A stretch of 64,000 nucleotides of DNA from Tubiluchus corallicola (Eukaryota > Animalia > Priapulida), in contig JAQGDQ010000717.1 of assembly GCA_030141605.1 (NCBI GenBank), positions 42,401 through 106,400 of the forward strand, in the 5' to 3' direction. The notes under the pieces were generated by a model that saw nothing but the letters and a program-made list of their open reading frames with translations, did not search any database and had not been told where the DNA came from. Below are positions 13,031 to 26,145 of this stretch, in pieces. Numbering within the stretch: position 1 is the stretch's first letter; each line of letters opens with the position of its first letter. Made by a program: the position numbers and the translations under genes.

Positions 13031-14199
13031 CTTTATATTAATTTTATCTTCATTTTACAAATTTGTGTCATAGACGTTTCTTATTTGGGTTTTATTTGAA
13101 ATGCATTGCGCTCCTCTCTTAAGACCTAAAAGGGGGCAATGAATTTATAATAGCAGAACAGAAATCACAACGTCATGACAGGTTATAGCATCTCGTTATC
13201 CCAGCTTCCAAAGCTGAAGAATGAGAAACTTTGACTTTATGCCGCAGGTTTTGCATTTCAGAGGAGCTTAAGATTTCAAAGCTTTTTTGTTTACAGGTAA
13301 AACCTTCTCTCTTGAATGCAGAAGCTCATTTTCTAAATAACAGCTGAATTTACAAACACGACTCGCTCTTCTCAACAACAAAAGCTTCATCCAGGTCGAA
13401 GCCGATTAGCTCCAAGATAATTTGCTCAAATCCTAGAAAACAGGCATTTGGTCAATTCGCAACAAATTATCTAAATGTTTTTTTTACGGGATGAATTGCA
13501 CAAATCCTAATAAGCAGACATCAGTCATTCATCCAGAAATTATCCTTCTAGCAGTCATTATGAGAATGTTTGTATAAATCTAGGGAAGATGGTAAAAGAT
13601 TATGCTCATAGAAATACCTAAAAAAATGAAAGTAGAAAAACAACAAAAACACATTCATTTTCATAAACGCAGTCAGAAAAATAAAAAGTTAAAGAATAAA
13701 AAATATTTTTTCTGTTAATCCGACATTCGTTGTTGCTGTGTGGCGATTATATGAAATCTGAATCTTAAAAAAAGTTTAACATCTTATGTCAGAATCATCC
13801 CTCAGGAAGTCATAAATTCGTTTTACACTTTACTAGATGTTATTGGTGTATTTACACGGATCATATTAATTTCCTTCAAAAGGCATAATTACGTTTTTAC
13901 GGGTCACGTAGATCGTTAAATTGTCTGTTTTGCATCCGCAAACACCCAGCGGTTAATGGAGCTTATAGGATTAAGTTAGGAGATTAGCATGAACACGTCA
14001 CTGACGTCAGTAAATCCAATAGGGACTATTATTCTATCCATGTTAGGTATTCAAAATAGGTTGTTTTACTTTATGTGATCTTGACTGTGTAAATTGCAAA
14101 ATACAAACGTATGTCATGAAGAAAAAGTTGTTTAATCGCACTGACCTGAATAATCGTGTAAAACTAGAGAGTGAATGAGATAGGATGCAGAAAACAGAG

Positions 14200-14935
14200 A
14201 AATGCACAAGAAAGAGAAAAACAAAAAATGTGAAAAAGGAAGAGGGCGGACAAACAGAAATGGAGGGAAAAAATTGCGAGAGAGAGTGAGAGAGAGAAAA
14301 GGCAGAAAGAAGGAAACATTTAGAGTGGAGAGGAGAGAGATAGGATGAGAGTGAGGGAAAAGAAAGGAGCGAGAGAGAGAGAGAAAGAATGAAAGAGAGA
14401 GAAAAAGAGAGAGAGAGATAGAGAGAGAAAGAGAAAGAGAGAGGAAGAGAGAGAGAAAGAAAGATAGAGAGAGGAAGAGAGAGAGAGAGAGAAACAGGGA
14501 GAGAGAAAGAGATTCCTTGAATGTGGGGTTGGGGTAATGACATTTAAGGATTAAGATCACGATTGTTATCAGTGTTTGGATTCTGTTTATTGAAGAGACT
14601 CTAATCACTCAAAGCAGGTAGCGACACAGAGCGCTAATTTTTTTCTACCTGGATGATCACTCTGTAAAGCTAATTTTCTAAATGACAGAAATTTGCAAAC
14701 ACTCGGCGTGGGAAAAGCTAATCCGAGTTTAAAACTGATTTTCTTTGTGATACGTGGCTTTAGTTTCGAAAATAGCCTCCCGACGTTATTACACTAATCC
14801 GTTGTTTTCGGAATCTTCTTTAAAGGAAAGCGACCTGGGAGCAGATAAAATGTGCTCTCGTATTTAGACTTAAAAGAGCAATTTGGGTTTTACTTTTAAA
14901 AGAAGATACGTCATCTTCTCATCTTCTCCCCGAAT
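14200..14935 (+). repeat. GA-rich tract followed by a short copy of the GA-headed composite dispersed repeat
   Basis: GA-rich to ~14512, then GGGGTAATGACATTTAAGGAT...TTGGATTCT, shared with 34469 and 58190. Confidence 0.8.
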
Positions 14936-15720
14936 ATATCCTGTACTGAAGCAATAGTAATTATATTTACAAGGAAGTATAAAATATACAGTACAGAATA
15001 AAACTTTCATAGATAAAAAACCAATTTATTATACAAACATTGTGTTTTAGCTGTTCTACGTGGTTTTTGAAATGATCAGTAAGCAAATAATAAATGTAAA
15101 AGACAGATCTAAACTTTAAAACATTCGAAGTGACAAAATAATGTATAAAAAACCTTGTTATATTTATAAACTATACTACTACAGCCATAAATTATAAACG
15201 AAACTCTCAATTTTTTATTTTAAAAATCAATTTATTAACTTTAAAGGAAGACCAGACGGTTGTTTAGACTCAATCTCATTTTAATTTGCTGTCCAAAATA
15301 TATATTTTCTCGCCTATAAAAGTTAACTGTTGTTCGTTATATTTGAATAATTATTTTAGAAAGATAATTAACGGCTAACGGCAAAAGAAAACAGCTATTG
15401 CGTACGTCACAAACTAACCTCAGTTTGTGCAATGGCAAGCATCTTCCCTTGCACATCAAGCACATTTGCATAAGTGTTACGATACTGTTTAAACGCATGA
15501 TGTCACGAAAATGGGCTATACATTATATGACGTCAGAAACACTTTAGTTCATGATCATGCTTATCACGGTACCGCCTTCTATTTGTCGGCCACGCACATG
15601 TGACAAAAAAGCGCTGCTGCCAATCTTAGTAGATTCACTGAGCCGCGGGTAGCTTTGAAAGTTTCACGAAATTTGAGAATCCGAGGTAATTATTATTTAA
15701 TCTAAGCTTTGATTTACAAA

Positions 15721-15875
15721 TGGACTTAAATTAATTGATTTTATACGGGCCTAGATGGTAAGGGAAATCAATTTATACTGTTAAATACATGAAGCTTCAT
15801 GGAACCTCTGTATGTTATAATGCATACATCATACATGTATGTGAGTATGTGTGCATGGGTTTATCAAGACGTTAC
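15721..15875 (+). repeat. Dispersed repeat, second copy at 18423-18575
   Basis: Shared AAATTAATTGATTTT...AATCAATTTATA...ATGCATACATCATACATG...CAAGACGTTAC. Confidence 0.8.
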
Positions 15876-17104
15876 TAGCTCGCTAGTCGTTAATTAAGGT
15901 TTTAATCTGTTATTTCATTATCAGAAACGCTTTTGAAGTATTAATTGTGTTGATACTTTTATAGTTCTTGAGAATGAGGTAGTATGTGAAAAATCATCCT
16001 GTCTTCCTTTGGACTTATCATTCTTCCCAAAGTAGAAAATCAAGAATATCGTTTAACGTACTTATTATACCTGCCAACTTTTGACTCTTCATACCATCTA
16101 CGCGCCACGATCTCAGGTACTCTGCTAGCAGATTAAAAGACGGTGCAGGGTCGAGGCCTCTTCAAATAATAAGTCCAAAAGAACTATAATAAATTAGCAT
16201 TATAATTGGGATTATTAAATAACTTTACTAAACTTCGGGAAAGGCTGAGTAGCACTTTTACTAGACGAATCTCTTTGGGAATGTTTCCTCGTTAAATATT
16301 TTGCTTGAATATGGAGCCGCGCGAGAATATATTTTGGAATCAATTTGCACAAAACATCATGAAACTTCTAATCTTCAGTATCACTCATTTTTGCTAAACT
16401 CGCTTTGCAAGTTGCGTCCAAAATTTCATTGACTCATGTCAAGAAATGAGTCCTGTGGAAATATCAATCCAAACACTGTCTCGGTAGTTGTTGCAGTATG
16501 CAACACAGGCTTTGAAGGGTGCAAAAGTTTCTCCTTTTGATTTGACTTTAATAAAATAAGGTTCATGTGTTATATGCCTCTTTGACAATGAGTTCGTTGG
16601 GACTACCGCTACAACTTGCCCAGACATGGCGGACAGCAGATCACGTGATTTTCCGTCTTTTGAAGATGCCTTGAGTATACTGTCGATATAAGTGTTCCTG
16701 AGACAAAAGGTATATTGATAGATACAAAGAAAGGCTTCCAAATAAGGTTGCAATGTATTTTTCGTTTTACTTTAATATTTAATCCATTATTATCGAATAT
16801 TCCTGTAAATCCCAGTGAAGAGCTTCCTAGGTCGCAATTTGTTAGCCAATGTCGCTTAATTAATTAATTAAAGCAGCAAGCGACAGGGTGCGCTTCTGAT
16901 AGAAATCTTCCCGCCAAAACTAAGACATCACACAATAATATTCCTCCACATGCTCATGTTGTACAAAGCAAACTTCACATGCAAAATCCGCGTTCCGATT
17001 ACACAGTAAATCATGTTACCAAATTTTTCTCTAAAATAATAATCACATTTTTCATAACTGAAACGTACACAAAGTTTTTCACATTAAAAACAAACAAATG
17101 AAAG

Positions 17105-17440
17105 TTCTGCACTTTCGAACACAGCGCGTTTTCACATCTTATAATCTTGAACTCTTGAATGACATGCTATGATGGCGTCACAGAGCACACTGCGCATGAT
17201 GACCGTACTTTTACACAGCGCGTTTTGTCTACACGCTATTATGGCGTCACGGAGCACACTGCGCATGATCACGGTAATTCCACACAGGGCGTTTTGTCTA
17301 CACGCTATGATGGCGTCATAGAGCACACTGCGCATGATCACGGTAATTCCACACACCGCGTTTTGTCTACACGCTTTGATGGCGTCACGGAACACGCTAC
17401 GCGAGAACACCGTACTTTTACACAACGCGTTTTACCTACG
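17105..17440. repeat. 69-bp tandem minisatellite (~4 units)
   Basis: Unit CTATGATGGCGTCACAGAGCACACTGCGCATGATCACGGTAATTCCACACAGCGCGTTTTGTCTACACG; the same unit recurs at ~19314-19375 and ~20742-20950. Confidence 0.92.
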
Positions 17441-19197
17441 TGATATGATCAAAGAACAGTTACCGCAAAGAGTACAGAGAAAGACCTACTGCGCAGCAGT
17501 TCGCGCAGTTAGTGTCGCCCTAGCGGCACAGCAGTACGGACTTTTGTTGTCAGTTACGCTACAGCGCAAGCTGTTCGCGCACGGCGAACTGTAGCAGATG
17601 AATTGATGATGGCCGGTCGACAGGTGCTCATAAATTCCTTAGCAGTGAGTTGCAAGGCCTACATCTGTCTTTGGCGATTTATAGCAGCTGTAATATTTTT
17701 GACCATTATTTAAAGCAAGCATCAGTGCATAAGGCACTAAGAATAATTAGTAGTTAAAATAAAAAAACTATTATATTCAGGTCTCATGAAAATTAGTATG
17801 CTTGTTTACGAAGTTGATCATAAAGAAAGTTTGCAAACACCTGGCTCATGTAGTGTTCTATATCTGTAGAAATATGTTTTCTAAAAGAACTTTCCCATTT
17901 AATGTGTCCCATTTCTTCAGAAGAGCAAATAATTTTTCCAGAACAAAACTTAATCTAAGCATCTGCATGTTTTGTTAATTCCAAGTTAAAAGATTGGCCT
18001 TTGTTATGAGATGGAGTTGGTTATAAAATCACGTTGAACAAACGAAGAAGCATTTACGACATTACTCCTCTTTTTTATTATCAGTGAACAAAAAATAACA
18101 AAAGGAAACATCAGAGCTGTCATCCTAAGCAGCTGACATTACTTCCACCTCTATAACAACCAACTAACTAGGTCAAAATCAAGATACAGAATTCAGGTGA
18201 GAAGCCAACCTGGCGCATAAATTAGAATCGGCAGGCGGGTCATGTGTAGACGTCACTTATATTTAGCTTATTTTTTAAGATTCAGTTAGGCTTATGTCAA
18301 AATAAATGTTCATTATATATAGTTTGTTTACGTGTAAAAATGTACTTGTATAAGCGTACTAATAAAACACCTGTAGCTAAACCCAACCACAGACAAGGCT
18401 TGATAAATAATTTATTAATCGATGGGCTTAAATTAATTGATTTTATATTGGCGTAGTTACTAAGGGCAATCAATTTATATTGTTAAATACATAGGCACAG
18501 CTTCGTAGAATCTCTGTATGTAATTATGCATACATCATACATGTGAGTGTGTGCATGGGTGTACCAAGACGTTACGACGCCCAAGGCTGGCAGTTCAGTC
18601 CTACTCATCTCTACTACTGTACTCTCTATTTATATATGAAGTACTGCATGCAATTACTTGTGTGCGTGCTTGCGTGTACGCGTTATTTATATACAAACCT
18701 ACAAAATAACCTGTGTAATTATATAGATTAATTGCAGGGCACATAATGGGTGCAATTTTTAACGTGCCAAATCCGCCACGTCGCATTGGAGTAAAACGAC
18801 CAAGAAACAAATGGCAGAACCTTCAACAAAATGAAAAGAAAAATCTCTGTCCCTCCTTTCTGTCTCTCTTCCTCTCTCTCTTTCTTTCTCTCTCCCTTCT
18901 CGTCCTTCCTCTATGAGAGGGAGGCAGAGAAAAATCAGTAAATAAATAAAAATGCATTAGTTTTTTACATAGTAGCAGCCCATCGCCTAGCTAGCCTCTT
19001 TCCTCAGGAAATACAGTAAAATTTCACTTACAAGAAAACTGAAGAAGTATTTGCAAGTACGTAATTCAAACTTGTTGCTACAAGTGTTTTCGTTTTCATG
19101 AAATGTTTTTAGTTTTTTTTAAATAATAATTGCCCTTAAGCTTTCTTCTTTTATTAAAAACGCAAAAGTGATTTTGGCTCATCACAATTGCGCGCAT

Positions 19198-21742
19198 TCC
19201 AACACTATTGGTGGACTAAATAAATAAAATTACATTCTATGCGCGGCTCAAAAGTTTTTAATCATCCGCCGTTTGATGCCGCCAGCGTAGCCGCTTAGCG
19301 CAAAAACGCAAGAGCGTCACAGAGCACACTGCGCATGATCAGGTAATTCCACACAGCGTGTTTTGTCTACACGCGGAATTCTTTCGCGCGAATTTGCGCA
19401 AAACTTTGCTATGCAAATAACAGTTTGTGTTTTCGCGCTAGAGATCTGAAACGTTTTAAATTGTTTAGTGATTTTATTTAGCAAATTTATTTATTGTTTA
19501 GCAAAATTTAATTAGAATCTGCATAAACTGAATGCAACTCTAACTGTGAAGTAATGCTTATAAATTTATTTATTTATTACCTTAAGTTTATTTCAGTACA
19601 TAAAAATGTCACATAAATGTTAAAAATTACCCTAAAAACTAAAAAATACTACATGTCATGCAGAGTTAAAAGAGCTACGAAAATATGTAAAACATAAAAC
19701 AAAATATGATAAAAACATTATGTGAAATTTAACAAAAAGAATCTGTTAAAAAAACCAGCAGTTACTACATCAATAAATCATGCGATCTTCTAAATATTCT
19801 TCTATAAATATAAAATTGCACATCAGTTTGGTTGCTTTTATAATTTACAATAAAATTTGCTGATCCATTCATTCTTGTTGTTATACTAGGCAGAGTGATA
19901 TAACCGTACTTAAAAATGTTCTATATTATTTTTCACACATGTTGAGCTATTGTAGACGTGTTCACTAGAATGGCACGATTTGTGCAATTCTTGCAGTGGT
20001 TAATATTTGCAACAATTCTTCACTCTCATCCTTAATAAGATGATGTAGTTGCTATATTATTATAGTAGAAAAAGCTTGTGTGTTACAGCCTGTATTGACT
20101 TCCAAGAATTCGTTTTCCGTCGTATATGCACTGTAACATTCTGTATACATATTTCACTCATATTTGTTTTTACCTCATATCCATAGTTCTATTTTTTTGT
20201 ATTATCTGCTTTTAATATTCAGTTTTGTATGTGGAAATAAAGAGATTTATTAATCATCAATTTTTCAAGCTTTTAACAAACGTTATTAAAAAAACTCGTA
20301 AAAAAACACACTGTTATAATACAGAATAAATGTTAGCTGCTTAGAGTTTCCTTTTGCACTCAACAGATAGCAGCACTAAGCTAATAATCAGAACAGCTTA
20401 ATAGACGCGCTGCTGTTTTGCCATCGTCACGTGTTTGATCGACGTGCATCATCAAGTTCAGTTCACGGCAAGCAGGTAAATACAAACGCACGTCTAGAGA
20501 CACGGAAAAATCCAAATTCTTTTCAATTCACATTTTCATTTCAGACCTTACATACATAAAAGATATAATAAAAAATAATAATAGTAATAATAATAATAAT
20601 AAAGACTTGTCAGTCTCGCTGATTTATGCCAACACTATTGATTGACTTAATAAGTAAAATTACAGTCTTTGAGCGGCTGAAAAGTTTTTAATCATCCGCC
20701 GTTTGATGTCGCCAGCGTAGCCGCTTAGCGCAAAAGCGAAAACAGAGCACACTGCGCATGATCACGGCAATTCCACACAGCGCGTTTTGTCTACACGCTA
20801 TGATGGCGTCACAGAGCACACTGCGCATGATCACGGTAATCCACACAGCGCGTTTTGTCTACACGCTATGATGGAGTCACAGAGCACACTGCGCATGATC
20901 ACGGCAATTCCACACGCGCGTTTTGTCTACACACTTTAACGCGTCACGGTTTTTGTGGAATTCCTTTGCGCGAATTTACGCAAAACTTTGCTATGTAAAT
21001 AACAGTTCGTGTTTTTGCGCTAGAGATCTGAAATGTTTTAAGTTGTTTACAACTAATGATTTAATAAACTAAATTTAATTAGATTCTGCATAAACTGAAT
21101 ACAACTCTGACTGTGAAGTAATACGCATAAATTTATTTTATTTCCGAAAGTTTATTCCAGTACAGGACTATTGTCATATAAAAGTTAAAAATTACCCTAA
21201 AAACTAAGAAATATTACACGCCAGGCACAGTTAAAAGAGCTACGAAAATACGCGAAAAATAAAAAAATAAGAAATATAAAAAACAAAGAATCAGTTATAT
21301 TATTATAGAAGAGAAAGCTTGTGTCTTATCTTGTAGTAAACATAATTGCAATAGCAATTACTAGCAATGCCTTTAAATTATAAAACGCTGCAGGTAAGAT
21401 AGAAAATACGAGCCTGTATTGACTTCCAAGACTTTTTTCCGCCGTATATGCACTGTAACATTCTATATACACATTTCGTTCATACTTGTTTTTACCTCAT
21501 TTCCATAGTTCTATTTTTTTTGTTTTATCTGCTTTTAATATTCAGTTTTATATGTGGAAATAAATAGATTTATAAATCATCCATTTTTGAAGCTTTTGTC
21601 AAACGTTTATTAACTTTTACAAAAAACTTGTAAAAAAACATGCTGTAATAATACAGAATAAATGTTAGCTGATTAGAGTTTCTTTTTGCACTCAACAGAT
21701 AGCAGCACTAGGCTTGTAATGAGAACAGCTTAATAGTCGCGC
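19198..21742 (+). repeat. Near-tandem duplication of a ~1.1-1.2 kb unit (19198-20412 and 20627-21742)
   Basis: Both start CCAACACTATTG...AAAGTTTTTAATCATCCGCCGTTTGATG and end GCACTCAACAGATAGCAGCACTA...GAACAGCTTAATAG; they differ in 69-bp unit number and by an internal indel. Confidence 0.9.
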
Positions 21743-22074
21743 AATTTTGCCCTGTCTTATTTATATGTGGATGAAATCAACGTTATCAAAAACTCATTAG
21801 GTAATTAACAATAAGAACCCATTTGCATTTCTGGCTACTTGGCTGACTGAGTAACTGCTCAATTCAATTGAAACACGCACACACGCACACACGAACGCGC
21901 GCACACACAAACGAGCGAATGAACACATGCACACACGTATATACTGACTAATCGCGATGACTAATATACCGCTATACCCCAATGTTGGCTTTGACATAGC
22001 TACGAAGCTTGTGCTATTTCGCAGTTTTTCCCCGCGAGAGGCGCAAAGAGCGCTTCATGACTTTTCCCACAGGG

Positions 22075-22193
22075 CACAAATAAGTTAATTACTCATTAAT
22101 TAAGCAACGCAGCGCTAAAAATTTTCTGCCGAATTACTGTCGGGTAAGTCAGTTGTAAAACATGCCCAACTTGATTTTCGTGATATCCCTCCT
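22075..22193. mobile_element. Kolobok-like transposon terminus
   Basis: Approximate reverse complement of 5516-5625, ending TGATATCCCTCCT followed by TTAA (22194-22197). Confidence 0.55.
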
Positions 22194-23121
22194 TTAAGAT
22201 GAAGACAAAGATTGCTCTCAAAACTTGGATTCCAAAACTTGAAAAATACGCTAATACTCCAAGCAAATAGTGGTAGAGACACTTATTTTCTTTTCTTGGG
22301 AGTGCAAATATTTAGCAAAGCTAATTTTGCAAAGAACAGAGAAGAGCTAACATCTTAAAGCTATTAGTGGTAGAGAGCGCCTATTTTCTGTTCCTGGCAG
22401 AGCAAATATTTTTCAAAGGAGAGAAAGTTTGAGAACAGTCTGCCCCTGGGAAGAGCAAATAATTGTCGAAACAATTATCGGGCGAGAGCGCATTCTTCTA
22501 CCTGAGTAAATATATTTTTGCAATGGAAATTTTCAAAAGAACAGAAAGTAGGAGAGCACTCACCCCCTGGGAAGACCAATTAGATGCACAGAGCGCTTAT
22601 TGTGTTCTAGGAGTGTAAATGTTTGGCAAAGCTCATTTTTTAAATGACAAAAGGTTTGGGAGCACTCACCCCCTGGGAAGACAAATTAGATGCACAGAGG
22701 GCTTATTGTGTTCTAGGAGAGTAAATGTTTGGCAAAACTAATTTTATAAGTGACAAAAGATTTGCGAGCACTCACCCCCTGGGAAGAGCTTAGAACTGTT
22801 TACCTTTGAGATGACTGTCTTTTCTTTCGAAAATAAGCTCAAGACGCCCTGACATTATTCCATCGTTTTGTTCTCTTAGCACCTGGGAAGCGAAAGGCAT
22901 GCGACCCTGGGAACAGAGAAAACTGCTTTACAGGGAATCTTCCCGGGATTATTTGAACGTCACGCTGAGTCACAAGCGCCATTTCAATTTTACCTGTAAA
23001 AAAATTCTTTTCCGAGTAAAAAGTGGTGAAAATTTTTCACCAACATGTTCGTTTTGCAATTTTAAATTTTATGAGCTAAGAATCTGCAAAGTGCATGTTC
23101 CATTTTAATGTGTCTTACCGC

Positions 23122-23180
<59 letters not shown>
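22194..23180 (+). repeat. Composite dispersed repeat with internal ~105-120-bp tandem units and (TAA)n end
   Basis: Recurring CCCCTGGGAAGA...AGAGCGCTTATT...GCAAAGCTAATTTT units; nearly colinear with 58190-59095; (AAT)n at 23124-23180. Confidence 0.88.
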
Positions 23181-23181
<1 letters not shown>

Positions 23182-23219
23182 CCTGTAGGCTTAAAATACA
23201 TAAAAATATATTAATAATA

Positions 23220-24395
23220 ATAATATTAGATGCTGATTTTAGATTACATTACCTAAACATATATTATTGACTTTAGTTACAGAAAATTATAGAGCATCAT
23301 GTAATCAGAGACTTCATTCAGAATTTGTAAGATCAAATGACTTAGTTTGGGAAGACAATAGTGTACCTAACGGTTACACATATTGTAATGAAGCTTTAGG
23401 CCACTACACGTATATTGATTATGTAAATTCCTCGATTGAAATATAATCTAGAAAATATGATGGTATTAAATGATGGTGGTAATTTATCAGATAACTTTCC
23501 AAATGAACTGGCTATAAATGTTAACAATGTACTTAATAGAGACAGTACCTATAAATCTAAAAAGCACACGTACATGAAATAGAAAAATATTGATTTACAA
23601 AGATATCAATCTTAAATTGAAACCAATTTAAGAAATGTGTGTGTCCCATTGCATTTACTAAGAAACTGCCCTAATGAATGTAATGATCTAGAACATCGTA
23701 AGACGTTAGACATCTTTGATGCAAATATTGTTCAAGTACTTATTAAGGCTGGCATAACTGCTGTTCCTTTCTGTCCCCCCCCCCCGGGTTTACAGAAGCA
23801 CTGGTGGAATAGAGAAATTTTCTGTACTAAAACAGGAATTGATTAATGCTCACGTTGTCAGGGTCATGTAGACACTTACGTGAAATGCTTAAATCTGCGA
23901 AAAATATGGTATAGAATGGAGTATCTCATTTAATCCTAACAAAACATGGCTTCTTTATTTTGGCAAAAGCTTTACTGGAGAAGGTGTAATCTGTTTTTGC
24001 GGTAAACAACTGATCTGGAAACAGACAATAAAGTATTTGGGTTGCGATATTGTGACAAGTGATAGTTTTTCTATTGATGTTTCAAGATTAAAAAAGAAAT
24101 TCATTGGTTTCGTGAATAATATTCTCTCATGTATGCGCCATTACCGTAATGAGATAGTAACTAAAGCTCTGATCAATACATACTGTCTACCCATTTTACT
24201 ATACGGATGCGAAATTGGGGGTATATCAAACAATGAAGTTAATGCCGTTAGGGTAAAATGGAACACTGCTTATAGAAAAATATTCGGTTTTAGACAAAAT
24301 GAAAGCGGAAAATAGTTAATTTATTTTTGTGGCACAATGCCTGCAAATTATTTAATAGATAGTCGAAAATTAAACTTTGTGAGAAAAATTAAAGC
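23220..24395 (+). mobile_element. Internally deleted LINE remnant (APE fragment plus post-RT C-terminal fragment)
   Basis: GYTYCNEALGHYTYIDYV near 23370-23425 (APE); TYCLPILLYGCE...WNTAYRKIFG in ORF 24037-24315. Confidence 0.75.
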
Positions 24396-24404
24396 TCTTG
24401 CACA

Positions 24405-24812
24405 TTGAGAATTCCAAAGCCATGCTACTATGTAAATAACAGTCAAGTAAATTTACCCAGTGACGTAATGAAAATTATAAAATATGAGGAGATAGCAGAC
24501 GACCCTATTAACAAAATAAAGGAACTATTTGAATTCGTAAGACTTTATTACACAGAAAATATTGACAAATACCTTAAGAAGAATGCCCTAGCAAAGACAG
24601 GCAGAGAAGGTGGACTTGGTACAAATAGTAACAACTCTACAAAAACAGCAAACGCTTGGAAGAACAAACTAACTGAGTCAGAAATACTCATGATTGAAAA
24701 ACAATGTGGAGAATTTTTGAATCGCGCTGGTTACAAATTTATGCAGATGAAAGACAAGTCCTACATACGACTTCTGCGAAATTTAAAAATAGCAAATGGA
24801 TATATTCGGTAA
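24405..24812 (+). pseudogene. C-terminal fragment (or last exon) of a carbohydrate sulfotransferase, CHST/Sulfotransfer_1-like
   Basis: IIKYEEIADDP..IKELFEF...NSTKTANAWKNKLT..EI..IEKQC...L.RAGY matches the remembered C-terminus of Gal/GlcNAc 6-O-sulfotransferases; PAPS-binding N-terminal part not found. Confidence 0.7.
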
Positions 24813-24994
24813 ATCTATTTCTCCTAAAACAAAACATGTTGCATACATTTTAGGTGTGACCTCTATGTCCTGATGCAGCAATACATAACTGCATTAATGT
24901 TACGATACAAAAGCATGTTACGTAGAATGATGTGATCATTATAATTATTTTTCTCCTATAGTAAATGATTTCACAAAATGAAAATGTACTGAGA

Positions 24995-25140
24995 ACAGCA
25001 AACAACAACAACAAGAACAACAACAACAACAGCAACAGCAACAGAGGCAGCAACGGCAACAGCAACAACAACATCAACAGCAGTTGCAGCAGCAGCAGCA
25101 GGAACAACAGCAACAGCGGCAGCAGCAGCATCAATAACAA
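24995..25140. repeat. (CAA)n/(CAG)n compound microsatellite
   Basis: Direct reading. Confidence 0.93.
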
Positions 25141-26145
25141 CTATGATAACGGACTGCCGGGAAACCGCATATATATTCCTGAAGTTAAATTTAATTTTCT
25201 GTGTCTATAAAATCGTCCCTAAATTCTCTAGCATTTTTTCTAATTAATGAATTTTCCTTTAACTACAGTCTTATAATATAGCCTTGAATGTTAAATTAGA
25301 TTTGCTCTTAGTCTAGGTCTGTATGTAGTTTCAGACCATACAAGTATGCATTGCATGAAGCCCAGTATTTAGATTTATTTATGAAGGAAAAGTTTATATA
25401 AGGTCGCTCTACCTGAGCAACGAGGACGACTCTCTTAGCTTTCACTGGCTATTAGAGCAAGTCCCCCCGTATAGGCCTATAGTGCTAAATTATAGATACA
25501 GTTATGGTGTACCTAAGTTGAATTTATGTTACGCCTATTATGCTATTTGTAATATTTATGTAATTGGTTATATGTAAGTAAACATTTATGATAGTTAACT
25601 AACACGATATATTTGTGAAATTTGAAACGTGAGGATCAAACTATAGATTGTGAAGCATGTATTATCAATGAATTGAATGAACAATTATTTGTTTTGTTGT
25701 AGCCACATTTTAATCAAATCTTGTCTGTCTTTTACTGTTAATTTGTGAACATTTGAAACAGGAAGCACGAATGACTAAATAAAAATGATTAAATGTTGAA
25801 AGTAGTGAGACACAAACAATTAAAGAAATACATATCGAGGTTTACTTTAAAAATGGACAATCGAATAACCCTATCTTAACGACAATCATAAAAAGATTTC
25901 TGGCAGTTTCAGTCCTGTTACAAATAGATAACCAGGTTAACGTAAGAATAGGTTTCAACCGTGAGCTTTATTAACATAAAAACCATATACAATCAAACAA
26001 ATTTTCGATACGGACTATGCAATTATTACCAGCACCGCCCTCGGTCCCGTTCTCTAGAAATAAGAGGTATAAGTTTTCAAAAAAAACGGCCAAAACGGCC
26101 ATTTTTACAGATGTTTCGCTTCCCGTTCGTCCCCCAAAATAAACC

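Noticed and set aside
13297-13620. Possible upstream sulfotransferase exon
   Set aside because: Stops in the frames tried and no PAPS-binding motif recognised
14043-14608. Ser/Leu-rich ORFs (also 34349-34570 and 39033-39419)
   Set aside because: Translations of GA/CT repeats
24850-25210. Poly-Asn/Ser/Leu ORFs
   Set aside because: CAA/CAG microsatellite with no domain or splice support
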